Assembly (NCBI GenBank): GCA_951406725.2
Contig: OX597823.1
Span: 93,558,001 to 93,622,000 of the forward strand
Length of the DNA: 64,000 nucleotides
Direction: 5' to 3'
DNA from: Octopus vulgaris
Taxonomy: Eukaryota
Position 1 is the first letter of the stretch; each line of letters starts with the position of its first letter. The notes under the pieces were generated by a model. It made no database searches. It was given only the letters and a program-made list of their open reading frames with translations, and had not been told where the DNA came from. The translations under genes were made by a program, and so were the position numbers. Of the stretch, positions 40,359 to 53,529 are shown piece by piece.

Positions 40359-40631
40359 ATACATACATACATACATACATACATACATACATACATACAT
40401 ACATACATACATACATACATACACACATACATTCATGTTTACATCGCGAAAAGCTTTGAATCTCTTGTCTATAACTTGTATGCAAATAGAGTGAAGTCTA
40501 TTTGCTGATGTGCTGCAGCGCAGAAAATGAGAAAGAAATTAAATTACGAATTAAAAGCAGTTCTAGTAATGTAAACATTATCGATCGCACATACACGATG
40601 TATGTGCAATATATACATACACACACACATG

Positions 40632-40678
<47 letters not shown>

Positions 40679-40842
40679 CTATGTATTAGAAGAAATGAGG
40701 TACTCAGAAATCCGGATGGTTTTATATTTACAGATATTTATTAGTATGTTACATGTTTTTATACATCATATACCATATAATAGCGCTTTCGTCCATTCTA
40801 GTGGGGTCTTCAAATTGATCTATACCTATGTATATGTAAATA

Positions 40843-40922
<80 letters not shown>

Positions 40923-42260
40923 CGTATGAATCAATTCGACGGGGAAAATATTTGTTTCAGCCTTCCAAATTCACTTACAAGGCTTTACTACGTCCTGAGA
41001 TTTAATAAACAACACTTAACCAAGCTTCCACTTGGTGGAACTGAACCCGGACCCACGTGTTTAGGAAGCAAACTTCTCGCCACACGGCGACGCCTCAAAA
41101 GTTTCAAAAAAGGGAAGAACAATTATCTCCTTTAATGTGTCGTCAACTAAAGTTTGTGATGATGTACTTATATATACATTTATACATATATGTATACGTA
41201 CATACATAACTACGCGTGTGTACGTGCGTGTGTGTGTGAGTGTGTGTGTGAGTGTGTGTGTGTTTGTGTGTGTATGCGTGTGTGCGTGGACATTCGTATT
41301 TTATCTATGTTCGTTTCTGAATAAATATTAGTCAAAATGACAAGGTATTATTCGTAATGGCAACTTTATTGATCATATAGAGGTTGCGTCCCTGCAGCTG
41401 GTCCTTATCTGCGTTAACTAAACCATTGAAGTAAAGAACTGTGCATATCATCGGATTGCAAAAATCCTAATAATTTTTATATCTGTTTGGGAATTTTTAA
41501 AACAAATGTCGTTACTGATAAATATACAGACTTCGGTTTTCACTGATTTTCCAGAGTTTTATGAAAATATCTTGCTACCAGGCAAAAGATAAGTGAAGAT
41601 AAGTCATATCCTTTGATGCGTTACTATCATGCCTGTGAGATATACAATATTTGGAGAGACAGAAATAATCTATATAAATTTAGTCTCTGTCGAATACAGT
41701 CCATCTTTTATGTTTGTATAGTTCTACTGCTACTTTAGTCATAGATACATAACTAGATTTTAAAAAATAGTTTTGATGGTGCTGCTATTAATGTAATTCA
41801 TGTCGGAGATGTTTACTTGTTCTGAAAATTTTTTTGTAAGTTTTGTAAAAGGTGGTGAAGTTTCAAACAAGCGCCGATATCGATTTTTAACATATCCACG
41901 AGGCCAAATATTTTGTGCCAGTGGAATTGACTATAGTTTAATCGATGGTACTTATATCTTCGACCCCCGACATAACAGTTATTTCTAAAACAAGAAAGAA
42001 AAATATAGATTTCGGGTGACTGTTTTTCAGTGTGTTTTATGTTATCCAGCATCAAAGTGTTCCAGAGTGTCATTTAATGTTGGTTTCCCATTTTCGCACA
42101 ACGCCAGCAATTCCGTGGAAAGGCACGCAAATGGTACTTATTTGATTGACCCCAAAAGAATTAATTGCAAAGTCGACCTTGGCGGAACTTCTACTAATGA
42201 TTCTTCATTTCACTACATAATGTATATCTATCTGTGCATGTATGTATGTATCTATGCAGA

Positions 42261-42304
<44 letters not shown>

Positions 42305-42496
42305 ATATATATATATATATATATATACATGTGTAGCTGAGAAATGAGTAGTAAATATTAAATCAAATTAAAATTCTTTTAGATGGTGTGATGGAGTTGA
42401 CAACTATCTCTAAATAACATATATATTTCCTCATCGAGAATAATTTGAACCTCTGTGATGCCGGAAATTATATATATATATATATATATACACATA

Positions 42497-42990
42497 GAGA
42501 TTTAGCTGAATTAGGTACTTATGTTAAAGCACCAATCGGTCCGGTATTATCCACACAGCTCGAAGTAAGATGAATAAAATCAAAATAAGCAACAGGATTT
42601 CAAGTAGTGATGCAGTACAACCGTTTCAAGCGGCTCCATTTAATTTAACAATGCAATCATTAAATCGATCTAAATGCAGTACCATCGTCTGATGCACAAA
42701 TAGATAAATAGAATTTTAAGCAGTAGGACACATTAATATAATTTTCCTCAAATATTTTAACAGAGCAATAAGATGGAAGAAATTCAAGTTGTCGCTATTG
42801 TAGCTAAGAATAGAGTACACTTCCAAGAATCGCTTGAAGCCTTTTGGGCTCATAGTGTTGTAAGGGATTGTAATTTATTTCTAATTCATTTATCTCTTTA
42901 TTATCTACTAAATCTATGACTAGAAGATTGTGTCTAATTTGAGTGAGTTGACAGTTCATGGCTAGGCTTGTCATAAATAGTATCATATGT
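42497..42990 (-). mobile_element. Decayed PLE 3' end (GIY-YIG C-terminus plus UTR)
   Basis: Minus strand gives LLVIDLVDNKEINELEINY / YNTMSPKGF, resembling the E..YI..YNT..P.G.N end of GIY-YIG. 42580-42710 has a diverged inverted copy at 43660-43789. Confidence 0.5.
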
Positions 42991-43834
42991 ATCCGTTTTC
43001 CTCAGGGAAAAAAGAAAATATTACGAGCAGTCAACTGGATATAAATTATCTGTCTATAAAAAGAGGCTTGGGAGGGGAAGATTTTAACTTATGATGTTAA
43101 TTACCAGTTAAAGGGGCAAGACGCTAAGAAGCCTAAGATGTTAATACAAAGGAAATTTTATTTTAGGGCACTATTTATGAAAAATAAAATTTAAAATTTT
43201 CAAAAATGATATCATAACCAAAATAGGTAAAATGTGCGTATATATTAATTATAAACATTAAAAAGGAAATATTACATAGAATCAGTTTAATATTCATTCA
43301 TGTACTTAATTAATTACTTATTAGGTGGTTTTCACAAAGGCTTCTCAGAGTAGTTTTAATAGAATAACAGGAAAGAAAAAATGTTATCTTTATGGAATAA
43401 CTGGTAAGATAAACATGCTATCTATCAATTAATTTAAAGCCATGAATCAGAAAAAAATAAAGATGCATAGAGATACACACACATTCATATATGTTCATAC
43501 ATGCACACATACACATACACAAGTATTTATACGTTTATAAGAATATAGAATAACAATCTCGCATAGACAACATGACTACATGAATTTCTTCCACCTTCTT
43601 GTTCTGTTAAACTATTTGAGAAAACTTATATTAATGTGCCCTACTGGTTAAAGAAATTATTTATTTATTTGTGCAGGAGATTGCACTCCATTTAAAGTGA
43701 TGTAATGATTGCCTTATTGAATTAAATGGAGCTGCTTTAAACAGTCGTACTGCATCACTACTTGATATCCTGCTGCTTATTTTTATGATATATATATGTA
43801 TGTGTGTGTGTGTATGTATATATGTATATATATA

Positions 43835-44443
43835 GTGAGAATTTGCAAAAAACAAAAGACGAAGATGGGTGTCTAAACAACAAACTACGCTCTTCGATAG
43901 AAAGGAATACAGAAATAAACAGAGAGAGAAAATAGAAAAAGGTTTAGTGGCTAGCGATCTATCAAGGGGTATGTCGGACACAGGAGTCACACAGGAGAGC
44001 TAAGAAGAAGGGAATATAGTAAAGTAGCGGGAGATCGCAAAACAAAGGTGCGCGTGCGTGTATATGTGAGAGCGCGTATGTGCGTGTGGAAGGGGGCTGG
44101 TGACATTGACGTGTGCATGTATACATGTGTAGGTGCGTGGATGATGGTGAGGCACTGGGTCAGTGCTAATATGTGCGGGTTGGTGGGATGTAGTGTGGTA
44201 TGTTGGTGAGAGGTGCTATGGTGTGTGGTGTGGGTGGTGGTATATATTTATAACTACATACATATATATATATATAGGGAGAATTTCCGAAAAAAACAAA
44301 AGACGAAGACAGGCGTTGTTACTATATAACACTCAGGAATTGAAAAAGTCTTTTATGTTTTGAGTCTACGCTTTTCCACAGAAAGGGACACAGAAAGAAA
44401 CAAGGGGAGAAACAAGGGGAGAAAAAAATGTGTGTAGTGGCTA
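43835..44443 (-). mobile_element. Two tandem copies of the same putative PLE terminus (43835-44240 and 44277-44443)
   Basis: Shared AAAACAAAAGACGAA...CAGAAA...GTGGCTA blocks with 34627-34817. Confidence 0.6.
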
Positions 44444-44444
44444 C

Positions 44445-44828
44445 ACCCTACTGTCTTAATCCAACAATTCTGCCTATTACGTAGTTTGAATGAGAAACTG
44501 TAACTAAAGATTAAGAATATATACCCAACAGAGAGAGGAAAGAATACAGACAACGTAGCAACGGTTTTGGCTGACTGTCATCCTATACTCCACTTGCTGC
44601 TAGCAAAATGGCAACTGATTGTATTAATGGCAGAACAAACAGGATATAAAGATTACAAAAATAGCGATTCTCATTTTGAAACTAACAATTTTGAAACACT
44701 TCTTAGATTGCAAACGCTCCGCTCCCTCATATATCCATATTTAAAATTTCAGCGCGATCGGATAAACGATACTCGAGTTATAAGTGCACAAACAGACAGA
44801 CAGACGGAACAGATTTTTTATATTAAGA
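44445..44828 (-). mobile_element. Probable Helitron 5' portion
   Basis: Minus strand starts A|TCTTAATATAAAAAATCTG..(CTGT)n..ATAACTCGAG..ATCCGATCGCGCTGAAATTT, the usual 5' layout of animal non-autonomous Helitrons. No 3' end seen. Confidence 0.5.
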
Positions 44829-45117
44829 TATAGAGAGACAGAGAGAGAGAGAGAGAGGGGGGGGAGGGAGAGAGAGAGAGTTATTAAAACTAGTTTAAAC
44901 TTTTTAACATAAATGAAGAATAATTTTCTTCTGTTTTTCAATGTATAAAAAAAAGAATAAAATACGGCAGAGAAAGCAATTCCTATGTAACAGACCTGGA
45001 TCCGATTTCGTTGATTATAGCACAAATTTTTAGGTAAGTTTCCATATTTTTCCATATTTAAAACAATGTGCATTTTAATGAGTATATAGGAAATAGGCAC
45101 CTACATATATACATACA

Positions 45118-45172
<55 letters not shown>

Positions 45173-45256
45173 TTTGATACTTTGATAGGTTTCGGCCATT
45201 ATTGGCCCAGGCCATGTCTAACTTAATAGCACCACCTGGTGGTGATATATATATAT

Positions 45257-45562
45257 ATCACGTGATCACGTTACCAACCAGGCTATGAGATGTTGCTACA
45301 CACCGCTGGTCACAATGCGATTCGCATTGTTTTAGCCTTCAAATGACGCCACCCCGCTGGCTAAGCGAGCAAACCAACAGAAGAAAGAATGAGAGAAAGT
45401 TGAGGCGAAAGAGTACAGCAGGGATCACCAACACCCCCTGCCAGCGACTCGTGGAGCTAAGTGTTTTCGCTCAACAAACACTCACAACGCCCGGTCTGGG
45501 AATCGAAACCGCGATCCTGCGACCGCAAGTCCGCTGCCCCAACCACTTGGCCATTGCGTCGC
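45257..45562 (-). mobile_element. SINE with family B head and a different 3' half
   Basis: 45390-45562 matches the family B head. 45257-45390 does not match the family B tail. Confidence 0.8.
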
Positions 45563-45603
<41 letters not shown>

Positions 45604-45622
45604 GTATATATATATATACATA

Positions 45623-45662
<40 letters not shown>

Positions 45663-46650
45663 AGCACGCACACACTTAGATGTGTGTGTGCATATACATG
45701 TATTCCACACTACTTAGATCCGCTGAATTCATCTCAATGTATTGTTCAGTTCGGATGTATTGTAGATCAGCTTTGCCTAAAGAGCGGTGCTGGAATCTGT
45801 GTTGCTGCGTAGGGGACTTCTTTATCAAATAAAGATTGCTGTACATTTTCGAAAGAATATTTTCCTAATGTTAACAGTACTATACATTTAGGGGCTACAG
45901 TCATGTGAGAGGAGGCTCACGTGTTGGTGGTAAGAGGTATTGCTCTAATGATCGTAAGAATGTCATTTCGATAGCCGGAGCGTGTGATGCATTGTGTTCT
46001 AGAGCCAAAGAAAAATTAATTAATTTCGCGTTGGTGCAGTCCATTCAGCCGGCAACATTGAATAATACTACAATGCACAGACGTCACGTTCAGGGAAAAA
46101 GCATATACTCCACCGAATATGCGAAATCACGCTTATGAGTCTATGGGTAAGGGAGAACCTTTCATACTTTCATTTATTTATTTCTCTATCCTGTCACAAT
46201 GCTTCGGTGAAGCTGAGGCACGACTTAAAAGTATATAGTTGGTTATGCTAAAAAGAATTAGCGAAGAGGTGCCCACTACATAACAACAAAATAATACCAG
46301 GATAACAACGGCGATATTTTTTTTAACGTAACGTATAATTCTCTGAGTTAGGCATCGTAAAGAATGGAAAGTTATATCGACATCAAATTTTGTTTGCTGT
46401 TCTAAGGAATCAGACAAAACAAATTACTGTAATTAATAAATATATATTTTTATAATTGGTTTTGAACTTTATATATTCCCATAGAAAATATTTCTGTTGT
46501 TCAAAAATTAACTCAACGCTAATCTTTATACATTCGTATATTTATTACATTGCCTCTATGTTGTCTTTTAAAAATGATACACTGTTGAACTAAAATGAAT
46601 AACATTGTATTCAACTTTCGAATTTATTAAGTAGTTATTGGCTTTATATG

Positions 46651-46705
<55 letters not shown>

Positions 46706-46711
46706 TCCTAT

Positions 46712-46779
<68 letters not shown>

Positions 46780-47869
46780 TTTCCTATACATATATATACA
46801 TATATATGAATATATATACGTGTGTGGGTGTGTGTTTGTATTCAACACTGGTCATAAGCAAGATTGTATCAACATTCACTTCCCGATTATAAATTCTTAT
46901 AAAGAATATATGAATTATTACTTTATCATCGAAATGAATTTTCGAAAAGTAATTTTAATTCTTATGCAACAAATTTATCTTCTATTAATTCTACCAAAAC
47001 ATTCTAGTTTAAGGAATTATGAAGTTTTCATTTATTAACCAGTTTATTAAATTAATTCTTTTAACCATAAGTTATTTCCATCTTGAAGAATTGCCGTACA
47101 CTACTTAGAGATATTTGAAAATTTAATCTAGTTTTATGTAGAATTCAAAGAATTTCTCATGCGTTATCTTGAATTGATTTAACGATTCCTGATGTCATTT
47201 CATATTTTTAATTAATTTCCTTTGGGTAATTTTATACCGATTCCTTGAGTGATCTCATACGCCATACACACGAGATCCTTTCTATTATGCGTAAAATGTT
47301 CAATTCGAAGAATTAAACACAAGTGGTGAATAAAATATTAAAACAATACCAAGCATAGTAATAGAAGAATTCAATGCGGTTTTCGATTGTTTTGTTTCTT
47401 TCTTAACATATACAGCTTACTGCTAGGCTACCTTTCAAAGTATTTAACTTCATCACTAAGGTACAATACATCACACACCAATCAAGCTAAGTAGCACAGA
47501 CACTACAGATGAGTAGTGCCATCCGTGAAATGAGTTTGCTGAGAAAAAAAAAAGAGAGAAGAATTGATAGCGGTCTACTAAGTTTAAAACATAAATACTG
47601 CAAGACGTACTATTCCTAATAATATATATCATTAAAACATTGTCATCATATCTACTTAATGATATTTATTTCCATTGAATAATAAGTATCACTTATTTTA
47701 TTGGTTTGCAAACTTTGAACGGAAATGCCGATTTTCATGATTTAAATACCAAACAGAAAGGAAAATACGCAATCAATGCGTACAGCATATTGTTGAAAGA
47801 TGTATCTTCGATGCCATCTATCATTTTAAGACGGAAATTTAAGTTATTAAAGAATTGCAGTTGTATATT

Positions 47870-48190
47870 TATTATCATCATCACTAGTCTCATTATCCTC
47901 ATCAACAACATCATCATCAATATCATTGTCATCGTCGCCCACATTTTCAACACCATCATCGTCATCATCTTGATTATCATCACCATCCTTATTGTCATTG
48001 ATATCATTGTCATCGTCGTCATCTGCATCATCATCATCACCATCATCATCATCGTCATAATGAACGTAAATATTGATGTTGTCGCCGACATCATCACCGC
48101 CGTCGTCATCGTTGCTGTCGCTGTCATCATTATCAACGCCATCATCATCATCATCACCAACAGCAGTACCATGATCATCATCATCATCAT
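47870..48190 (+). repeat. Degenerate (ATC)n low-complexity tract
   Basis: Period-3 ATC/GTC/ACC variants. Confidence 0.9.
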
Positions 48191-48535
48191 GACAGAGAGG
48201 ATGGCCTTGCAGTTCCCTCCACGATTCGTGATATTGGTGGCATTAACCTCCTTGATCGTTTGTAAGATAACGCCTGCAGAACAGACGTGAGCAGGGAGTA
48301 AATTTCAAAGGATCAACATTCCAGGAGAAACGATTAGTGCAGGCAGTTGTGGTGGTGATGGTGGAATTTGAGGACAGGTAGCTGCGTATATCTGAGTAGA
48401 ATTGGAATGAGCCCAGGCAGTGCCGAGGGGAAAGGGACCAATGATGGTACGGGAGAAAATGCAGAGACTGTGCTGTGTCCGACTGTTGAACAGGGGATAG
48501 AAATGGGTCAAAGAGCATGACAAACACGCACAGGT
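48190..48535 (-). pseudogene. Decayed CR1/Jockey-group LINE ORF2 C-terminus
   Basis: Minus-strand fragments SLCIF..., LPGLIP and *NLLPAHVCSAGVILQTIKEVN resemble the LWN.LP..VF.....LQ.FK..VN end of CR1-group ORF2. Followed by a degenerate (ATG)n tract. Confidence 0.5.
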
Positions 48536-48586
48536 GGAATTATTGGATTATTAATTTCCTCCATTAGACACGTAATATGGCTAAAT

Positions 48587-48657
<71 letters not shown>

Positions 48658-48679
48658 CATCATCTTCATCATAAGTCAA

Positions 48680-49040
48680 TAGACTGCGGTCATACTTTGA
48701 CGAATTTTAGTCGAATGAACCAACCCCGTTTTTTTAAACTCTGGAACTTATTTTATCGAAGCTTTTTACTGAACCGCTGTGTTACAGGGCAGTAAACACA
48801 CCGACACTGTTGTCAAATCGTGGTGGGGAACACAGACACAATAGGCACACACAGATATATACGAATATGTATATGTACGATGAGGCTTCTTTCATTTTCC
48901 GTCTACCAAATCCACTTACAAAGCTTTGGTTGACCCAACGCTATAGTGGAAAAACATGTATGGTTTCCCGCAGTGAATCTGAAAGCAGTACCATGGGCTT
49001 GGTAAGCAAACTTCTTATCAAAAGGCCACGGTTGCGACTA
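48680..49040 (-). mobile_element. SINE family A, diverged
   Basis: GACTGCGGTCAT...GAACCGCT...TTTCCGTCTACCAAATCCACTTACAAAGCTTTGG...GGTAAGCAAACTTCTTA. Confidence 0.7.
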
Positions 49041-49479
49041 TACATAACGAAAGAAAATATTCGAGCTGTATAACATCTGTGGTGATGGCCATTGTATACG
49101 ATGCATGTGTGATGAGATTTATTTAATGTTGACCAATAAATATCCACATCCCGTTCTATGCTCTTCTGCTAATACGTAGTCTGCATTGTTTTGTTTTGAT
49201 ATGTTTTTCTTTCTTTGCTATTTTATTTTCGCTTGTCTTCAATTAATTTACAGGATTATACGTTAGCATAGAATATTCTGAAATCGCCGATTCATAACGG
49301 TTTTATTCTCTTAATCATTCTTTATTTATAGCATTTAACACCGATTCACTAGTGTCCATTATCTATATTTTATTACGGTTAATACAATATTTACTTTTAA
49401 TGTGGAATGTATATATATATATGTATGTGTGTGTGTGCGTATATATATGTGTATATATATATATACATACATACATATA

Positions 49480-49523
<44 letters not shown>

Positions 49524-49631
49524 TATATGTATGTATGTATATATATATATATCCATATATATATATACACACATATATATACATATATATATGTATATAT
49601 ACATATATATATATGTATATATATATATATG

Positions 49632-49664
<33 letters not shown>

Positions 49665-50405
49665 TATATGTGTATATATATATAAATATATATATATATG
49701 TATATATGTATATATGTATGTAGGTATATATATGTTCACATTTTTGTCTCCTCTGATATATTAATTTAAAATACGAGCAATATACTATGGCGGATATTTT
49801 CTTTACACCGCATTCTTTCGATACAACAATAAATCAAATGTTTAATGTGTCTTTCTATACGAGTTTCTTTGTTGTTGTTAACTCTTTCTATTCGATTTTC
49901 TATTTGATTTGGGAGTTTATGATCATATTTATATTTTCTTATATATGTTTTTATATTTTCATTTTTTTCTTTTTTCACTTTTATATTATATGTTCTATCT
50001 ACCCTATAAATAATGGATACTTTCTTGTTTGTATGTAACTATAACTAAAATGTTTAATCGTACCATACGTCTCCCTGCATTTTTTCTACACCGAATATAT
50101 TTTATTTATGCTGATGTATATTTATTTATTAGTACGGTATTTACTCTTTTCTTGTTTTTTTTGGTTCATAATACATTTAATACTCCAACTTTCTTTGAAG
50201 ATAACCTCTACATAATTTTCTTTCAGAGATAATCACTACATTATGTGCTGCTTTATCTATGAGTAGTTAATATGAATCTTTCATGTTCCTGCATCAAATA
50301 CTCCCACACAACTCCTTCTATACACTCGCCTTCAAAAGTAGATCATATCTACACACTTTAATTTTACTTTTGACGTAGTTAATTATGGAGTCTACTAGAA
50401 ATACG

Positions 50406-50452
<47 letters not shown>

Positions 50453-50528
50453 TACATATATATATATATACATATATAGATATATGCATATATATACATA
50501 TATATTATATATATAAATACAAAATGGG

Positions 50529-50601
<73 letters not shown>

Positions 50602-51025
50602 ACATATCCATACATATCTGCATGTAACGTTATATTTCTATATCCAGCTTTTCATTCACTTGTGTATTCACTTTTTGTCACAAACATACCTACACTTACT
50701 CTCGCCATATATATATATATATATATATATGTAATACTACTAAACTACATTTGTAGATTAAACCGTTTCTTTTACCTTAATATCAGATTCTATTTCCTTA
50801 CTCATGGTTTCATAGAGCGTCGTGCATTCATTAGCAAAAATATAAGGATTGTTGTTTTTATATATATACGGATGTCTGTGTCTATGTTTGTATGTATGCA
50901 TGCATGTATGTATGTATGTATGCATGTATGTATATTATTAAAATTTAGTTGAAATGGGTACTTAAACTGAGGCACTTTGCTAGTTCGGTATAATCTGCAC
51001 ACCACAACAATATTATTTGAATATT

Positions 51026-51210
51026 AAGGCGGTGAGCATGCAGAAGCGCCGGGTGAAATGCATAGCGACATTTCGTCTCTCGTTACGTTCTGATTTCAAA
51101 TTCCACTGAGCTCGAGTTTGCCTTTCATCCATTTTTGGGTCGATAAATTAAGTACCAGTTGCGACGGGCCTCTCCCCCAAAAACTTCGGCCTTGTTCCTG
51201 GAGTAGAATA
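51026..51210 (+). mobile_element. SINE family C (other diverged copies near 2650-2845 -, 8635-8800 +, 36830-37045 -, 59635-59840 +, 62285-62465 +)
   Basis: AAGGCGGTGAGC...CGTTACGTTCTGA.TTCAAATTCC...TTTGCCTTTCATCC...GGGTCGATAAATTAAGTACCAGT. Confidence 0.75.
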
Positions 51211-52689
51211 TTGAATAGTAGTGGTGTCTCTACTTAATATTCTTGTCGTGTGTGTAGACAACGTAAGTGAAGGTATCTACTCTTGGTAATTCAGACACGT
51301 ACTTTTTATAACGGTACTTACTATAGTATTTCCGAAGTGCAGATTCTAAGTTAGGTGAACAGAATATAAATAAGTAACATATATATATATATACACCAAC
51401 AATTTCTAATGCTAAAAAAATTAAACGATTTGAATGAAGAGATACTAACGCAAGAAGGCTCTTCGACCGAAGGTGAATTAATCGATATAAATTTCCGTAA
51501 TATATTTTAATGGTTTGATCGACATAAATTGATGAGTGTTGCGAAATTTCTGTATTTTAAGATCATTTGCTAGGATCCCTCACCACACTTTGTTTAGAGA
51601 ATAACATTGGCGTTTTATTACCTATGAATACATTAGAAACTCGTTGCATCATGTCAGTGTCTCCAAATCCACTCCCCCTCAAGCGTCTAGTTAAAGGTTA
51701 AGGGAGAAAAAAAGAAAATGGTTGGTAATAAATGTGCAAGAACATTGATGTATATCTTTAGGTTCGTTAGTCGTCATTAAATATTCGCAGGTTCAGTGTC
51801 ATAGCACAGCTGTTGGTGTGTGTTATATCATTCCCGATTAGCGAGATGTATGATCAAACACGCGTCATGTGGGTTAATTGTGTCTATTTGTACATCGGGA
51901 TCACTATTGTCCAAATTCCTTCTCTGCTTTCAAGGCGTAGTCTGTATATATGAGGCAGGATGTGTATATGTGTGTGTGTGCGTGTGTGTACGTCAATGTA
52001 GCTTATGCACGTCCACAAATTAGCACACATGTCGCTCCAATTTCAGGAGGACATTCGTCAACATCCTACATGGGATTTGTCAACTTATTTTATTCCCGAG
52101 GCACCCGCGGAAAGCGGTAAAAACCATAACTTGTACCAATTTTGAAGTTTGCTCACACGAGGTAAGTCTCTTCTTGCCATAGCTAAGAGAAAGTCTATGT
52201 GTGTGTGAGGAGAGACAGAATTTGTATGTTGATATATGTGTATGCGTGTGAGGGAGAGAGAAAAGTTGTGTACTGATGTATGTGTATGTGTCTCAGGGGA
52301 GAGAGTGTGTATTTGACAGCGTCTAACAAAAAAGTATAGATAAAGTGAAAGAGAGAGAGGGTGACAGCGTTCATCAAAAATAAAAATGTAAAATGTTTTG
52401 TTTTTTTTCTTAAACATGAGATATAGTCTTCATATTTAGGATGTTTTTGAAAGACACTATATTTCATAATCAGATTATATATACTTTCTCACAGAACAAT
52501 CAAAGTATATTTTAAATCATTTATTTATTTCAAATCGTTCCTTCCCCCTCTCATACACATTACATTAGGCGCGAAAGAGTTATGTTTTTATTTTACGCCG
52601 AGAAAAAAGTGTTTTGTTGAGAATCCATTTTTTAAACAACAAAGCAACAAAGAGGTAGGTAACAATCTGTCAGTGAATTACTCAATATA

Positions 52690-53070
52690 AATTGGTACAA
52701 TTTCCGAGACTTCCACCACACCACACCCCGTTTTTCTGACCACAAAAAGGGTTTTGTAGCATATTAGGAGGCCAGAGTAGTTGATTTCACGCAAAAAATC
52801 CGATTTTTTTTTTAGTGAAAATTGTGCGAGTGTTGATCTACAAGTTAACCAACATTTGTTCCATTCATTTCTGTTTACGGACAAGTATGTGTAGTAAAAC
52901 ATGCGCGTACGTGTGAGTATGTGTGTGTGTTGCCCATATATATTTATATTATTTTATATTATATATATTTATATTATATATCGATGTTACTTAGTTTGGT
53001 TTGAAATAAAGAACTGGATTAGCTTAATAATCCTAAATTAATCCCGGTCAAAGCCGGTTTATACTGCTAG
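52690..53070 (+). mobile_element. Helitron 3' end (second family; 5' boundary uncertain)
   Basis: CCCGGTCAAAGCCGGTTTATACTGCTAG|T: hairpin plus the same ATACTGCTAG|T terminus as at 38139. Confidence 0.6.
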
Positions 53071-53443
53071 TGTCCTTTAATTCAGGGCGATTCGATGGCA
53101 TAAGTTCATTAACCGTGTAGCTCCGTCATTGGCTTTCATCAAGCCATAAACTTATCGATAAAATATTCATACGATCATTTCCTGAAAAATGTAACCAAAG
53201 ACGCTATGTAAATAAATACATACATACATAAATACACCGTTCTACTTGAATAATAGAACCGCAAATACAATATCCTTGTGTATCTCACTTCTATATTCAT
53301 CCTCTTACTTCCCTCTGTATTTCATATCTTTTCTATAATGATTAATGTCCAAACATTTTCTCTGATGGAGGGTCATATAAAATATCCCGGAAACATCTGT
53401 AAGACCTTGATAAATGTTATGTGTTTTTTATCTCATTCATTCA

Positions 53444-53505
<62 letters not shown>

Positions 53506-53529
53506 GAATGATGAATTTTCTTTTCTTTA

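Noticed and set aside
47706-48290. 194-aa hydrophobic ORF resembling a membrane protein
   Set aside because: Derived from a degenerate (ATC)n tract plus the antisense of a LINE remnant.
52047-52161. Possible exon (TTTCAG ... GAG|GTAAGT) with one open frame
   Set aside because: The peptide is unrecognisable, no partner exons were found, and the region may be repeat-derived. Needs RNA-seq.
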